NCBI GenBank assembly: GCA_018985225.1 | Contig: JADGIF010000028.1 | Span: forward strand, 1 to 32,000 | Source: Amoeboradix gromovi X-113 | Taxonomy: Eukaryota; Fungi; Sanchytriomycota | Direction of reading: 5' to 3' | DNA: 32,000 nucleotides | Part shown: piece after piece, positions 30,346-32,000 of the stretch | Position numbering within the stretch: position 1 is the first letter of the stretch | Layout of the letters: every line of letters starts with the position of its first letter | The notes under the pieces: generated by a model | Told to the model about the DNA's origin: nothing | What the model saw: the letters and a program-made list of their open reading frames with translations, nothing else | Database searches by the model: none | Program-made: the position numbers and the translations under genes

Positions 30346-30468
30346 CATGTAATTTATGCCACATAATAAAAGTTTATATGCAAACAGAACGGTTTCCATT
30401 TCCCTTGTATTTTGTTTTTTTGCAGTTTGTCATTTAGTCATGAAATTTGTCCTCAAACTTGAAATCCC

Positions 30469-31572
30469 ATGTCAGACGATCAGCTCAAAAATTTCAGATC
30501 GCAGTGGGTGGAAGAGATAAATAGCAAAAGTGAAAGTAAGACAAACTCATCCAGTAAGAACTCGACCGCAAACAAAATCATACTGCCTGCTAACTCTGCT
30601 TCCCTGCCGAGCTCTCTGCCAAGTGATAACCCAAATGTCAGTGCAACTACTGCAGATTCTTTGCAGCAAGTTTTAAAAAGTATTTCGGGTATGTCGCTAG
30701 ATGATAGGCTAACTGAAGCTATGAAGATATACGAAAAAGGGCTTCAATTAGAGCAAAATGAAAGATTGCAAGACAGCATCAAACATTATAGGATAGCTCA
30801 CAAACTAGATAACACAGTAGATAAAAGATACAGGGAAAAGTATAACAATAGGATGAAGCTCATTCAAATCCAGAAAGAGCAAGAATTATTTGAAACTGAA
30901 AAATCTAATGTTTTAGAAACCTTTAAAGAGTCGTATTTGTTAAAATTACCCGACGAGCTACTACTTTACATCATGAGATTTCTAGTGCCCTACGAATTGC
31001 ATTTCTTGTTCAATCTTTCTCTGAGCTGTAAAACCTTTTCTCAACTATTTAATCATTCCTCAATATGGGCCAAGGCATATCGCAGCATATCATCTGATGC
31101 TTGTAATAATGTGGACTATATGAAATTCTTCCAAACTACTCCTCATATAAGATTCGAGGGTATATACATATCCGTCAATCGCTATATCCGAGTAGGTGCA
31201 GCAGTTGATTCTTTGAATTCACCAACCTTCTTAGTGGAATATTATAGATATATAAGACTCTTGCAAAACAACACCTGCCTTGTAAGGCTTAGTAACGATC
31301 CGCCAGGAAAGATAGTGCCATATATGTGCAATAAAGACGTGGTTACTAATGGCTCTTGGGAACTTACAAATGATGTGTTGTCCATTTCTGTGCAAGACGT
31401 TGAGATTTATACCATGAGACTGCAGTTAAAGAGAGTCAAAAAGAGGTTTAACAAATTAGAATGGATTGAGTATATTTGCCATTCTTCAAGCGAAGATTTT
31501 AGCATTCCTCTCTTAAACGAGAGATCATTCAAATTCTCAAGAGCAACATCTATTGTGAATACTCTTCTTTAA
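30469..31572 (+). CDS. HRT3: F-box protein Hrt3/FBXO9
   Basis: L.NFR.QW.EE, TPR-like YE....E....L.D....YR.A.KLD, F-box LPDELL, P.IRFEGIYIS..RY.R.G, VEYYRY.R. Confidence 0.88.
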   Translation: MSDDQLKNFRSQWVEEINSKSESKTNSSSKNSTANKIILPANSASLPSSLPSDNPNVSATTADSLQQVLKSISGMSLDDRLTEAMKIYEKGLQLEQNERLQDSIKHYRIAHKLDNTVDKRYREKYNNRMKLIQIQKEQELFETEKSNVLETFKESYLLKLPDELLLYIMRFLVPYELHFLFNLSLSCKTFSQLFNHSSIWAKAYRSISSDACNNVDYMKFFQTTPHIRFEGIYISVNRYIRVGAAVDSLNSPTFLVEYYRYIRLLQNNTCLVRLSNDPPGKIVPYMCNKDVVTNGSWELTNDVLSISVQDVEIYTMRLQLKRVKKRFNKLEWIEYICHSSSEDFSIPLLNERSFKFSRATSIVNTLL

Positions 31573-31584
31573 GCACTTACCTCA

Positions 31585-32000
31585 ATAAAGTAAAAACTAA
31601 AAAGTTCAGTTATTCAGGCAGATATGTCCATACTTTATCGCCTACGCTTTAAGATAACCCATTGCTTCCGATTACTCTTCGTTGCGAGTCTAATCCTTCA
31701 CAATTGCGCAGTAGATAGTGAATAGCCGTTGCTTACACATTCGGATCTTAATCTACGACTACACCGCATTTCGTGCACTGGCGTACCTCGGACCTCTGCT
31801 TATACTCTTATATTGCCATCGTTCCAAATGACAGCTGGCGCAATCTTGGGTTGTTTTAAACAGGACCAAGTAAGACTGATGATCTTCTGCCAAATCAGTA
31901 CACTGGTTTCTTGTTTAGGTTATTGCAACGCCCATTCAAGTTATTCTTGTAACTGCCGTCACGATAGTAAATCACTTTATTGTAAGGTTCTTTCGCTTTT
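31585..32000 (-). pseudogene. Fanzor1-like relic I (C-terminus plus 3' non-coding end), extends past the window end
   Basis: KVIYYRDGSYKNNLNGR...NKKPVY*FGRRSSVLL / FKTTQDCASCH / EVRQCTKCGVVVD*DPN; nucleotide similarity to 4441-4800. Confidence 0.8.

Overview
Very compact, AT-rich, almost intron-less eukaryotic DNA in the standard genetic code. Gene content (PacC-like zinc fingers, Coq11, Hem25, Hrt3, Rer1, DPM1 without a C-terminal TM) points to an early-diverging fungus or fungus-like opisthokont; this is an inference. About 30 genes are packed with gaps as short as 18-27 bp, including RER1, GPX, DHS, POP7, bL17m, TPK, beta-TrCP, TTI1, U2AF1, an M43 protease, RPA12, COQ11, DPM1, HEM25, LSM6, SPF30 and HRT3. 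Manual translation through stops and frameshifts shows that many of the longer intergenic gaps are decayed Fanzor (eukaryotic TnpB/OMEGA RNA-guided nuclease) elements: at least 8 relics from at least 3 families, both Fanzor1-like and Fanzor2-like. They include a 547-bp mini-element with 29-bp GGG...CCC TIRs and an AAAT target duplication, apparently nested in the 3' non-coding (candidate omegaRNA) end of another Fanzor, and a second copy whose TIR supplies the ATG of a truncated zinc-finger gene. No intact Fanzor ORF is present. Other highlights are a secreted protein with a Cry delta-endotoxin domain-I-like helical region and a 19-nt GT-AG intron in DPM1. All family assignments come from motif recognition by eye, not from database searches.
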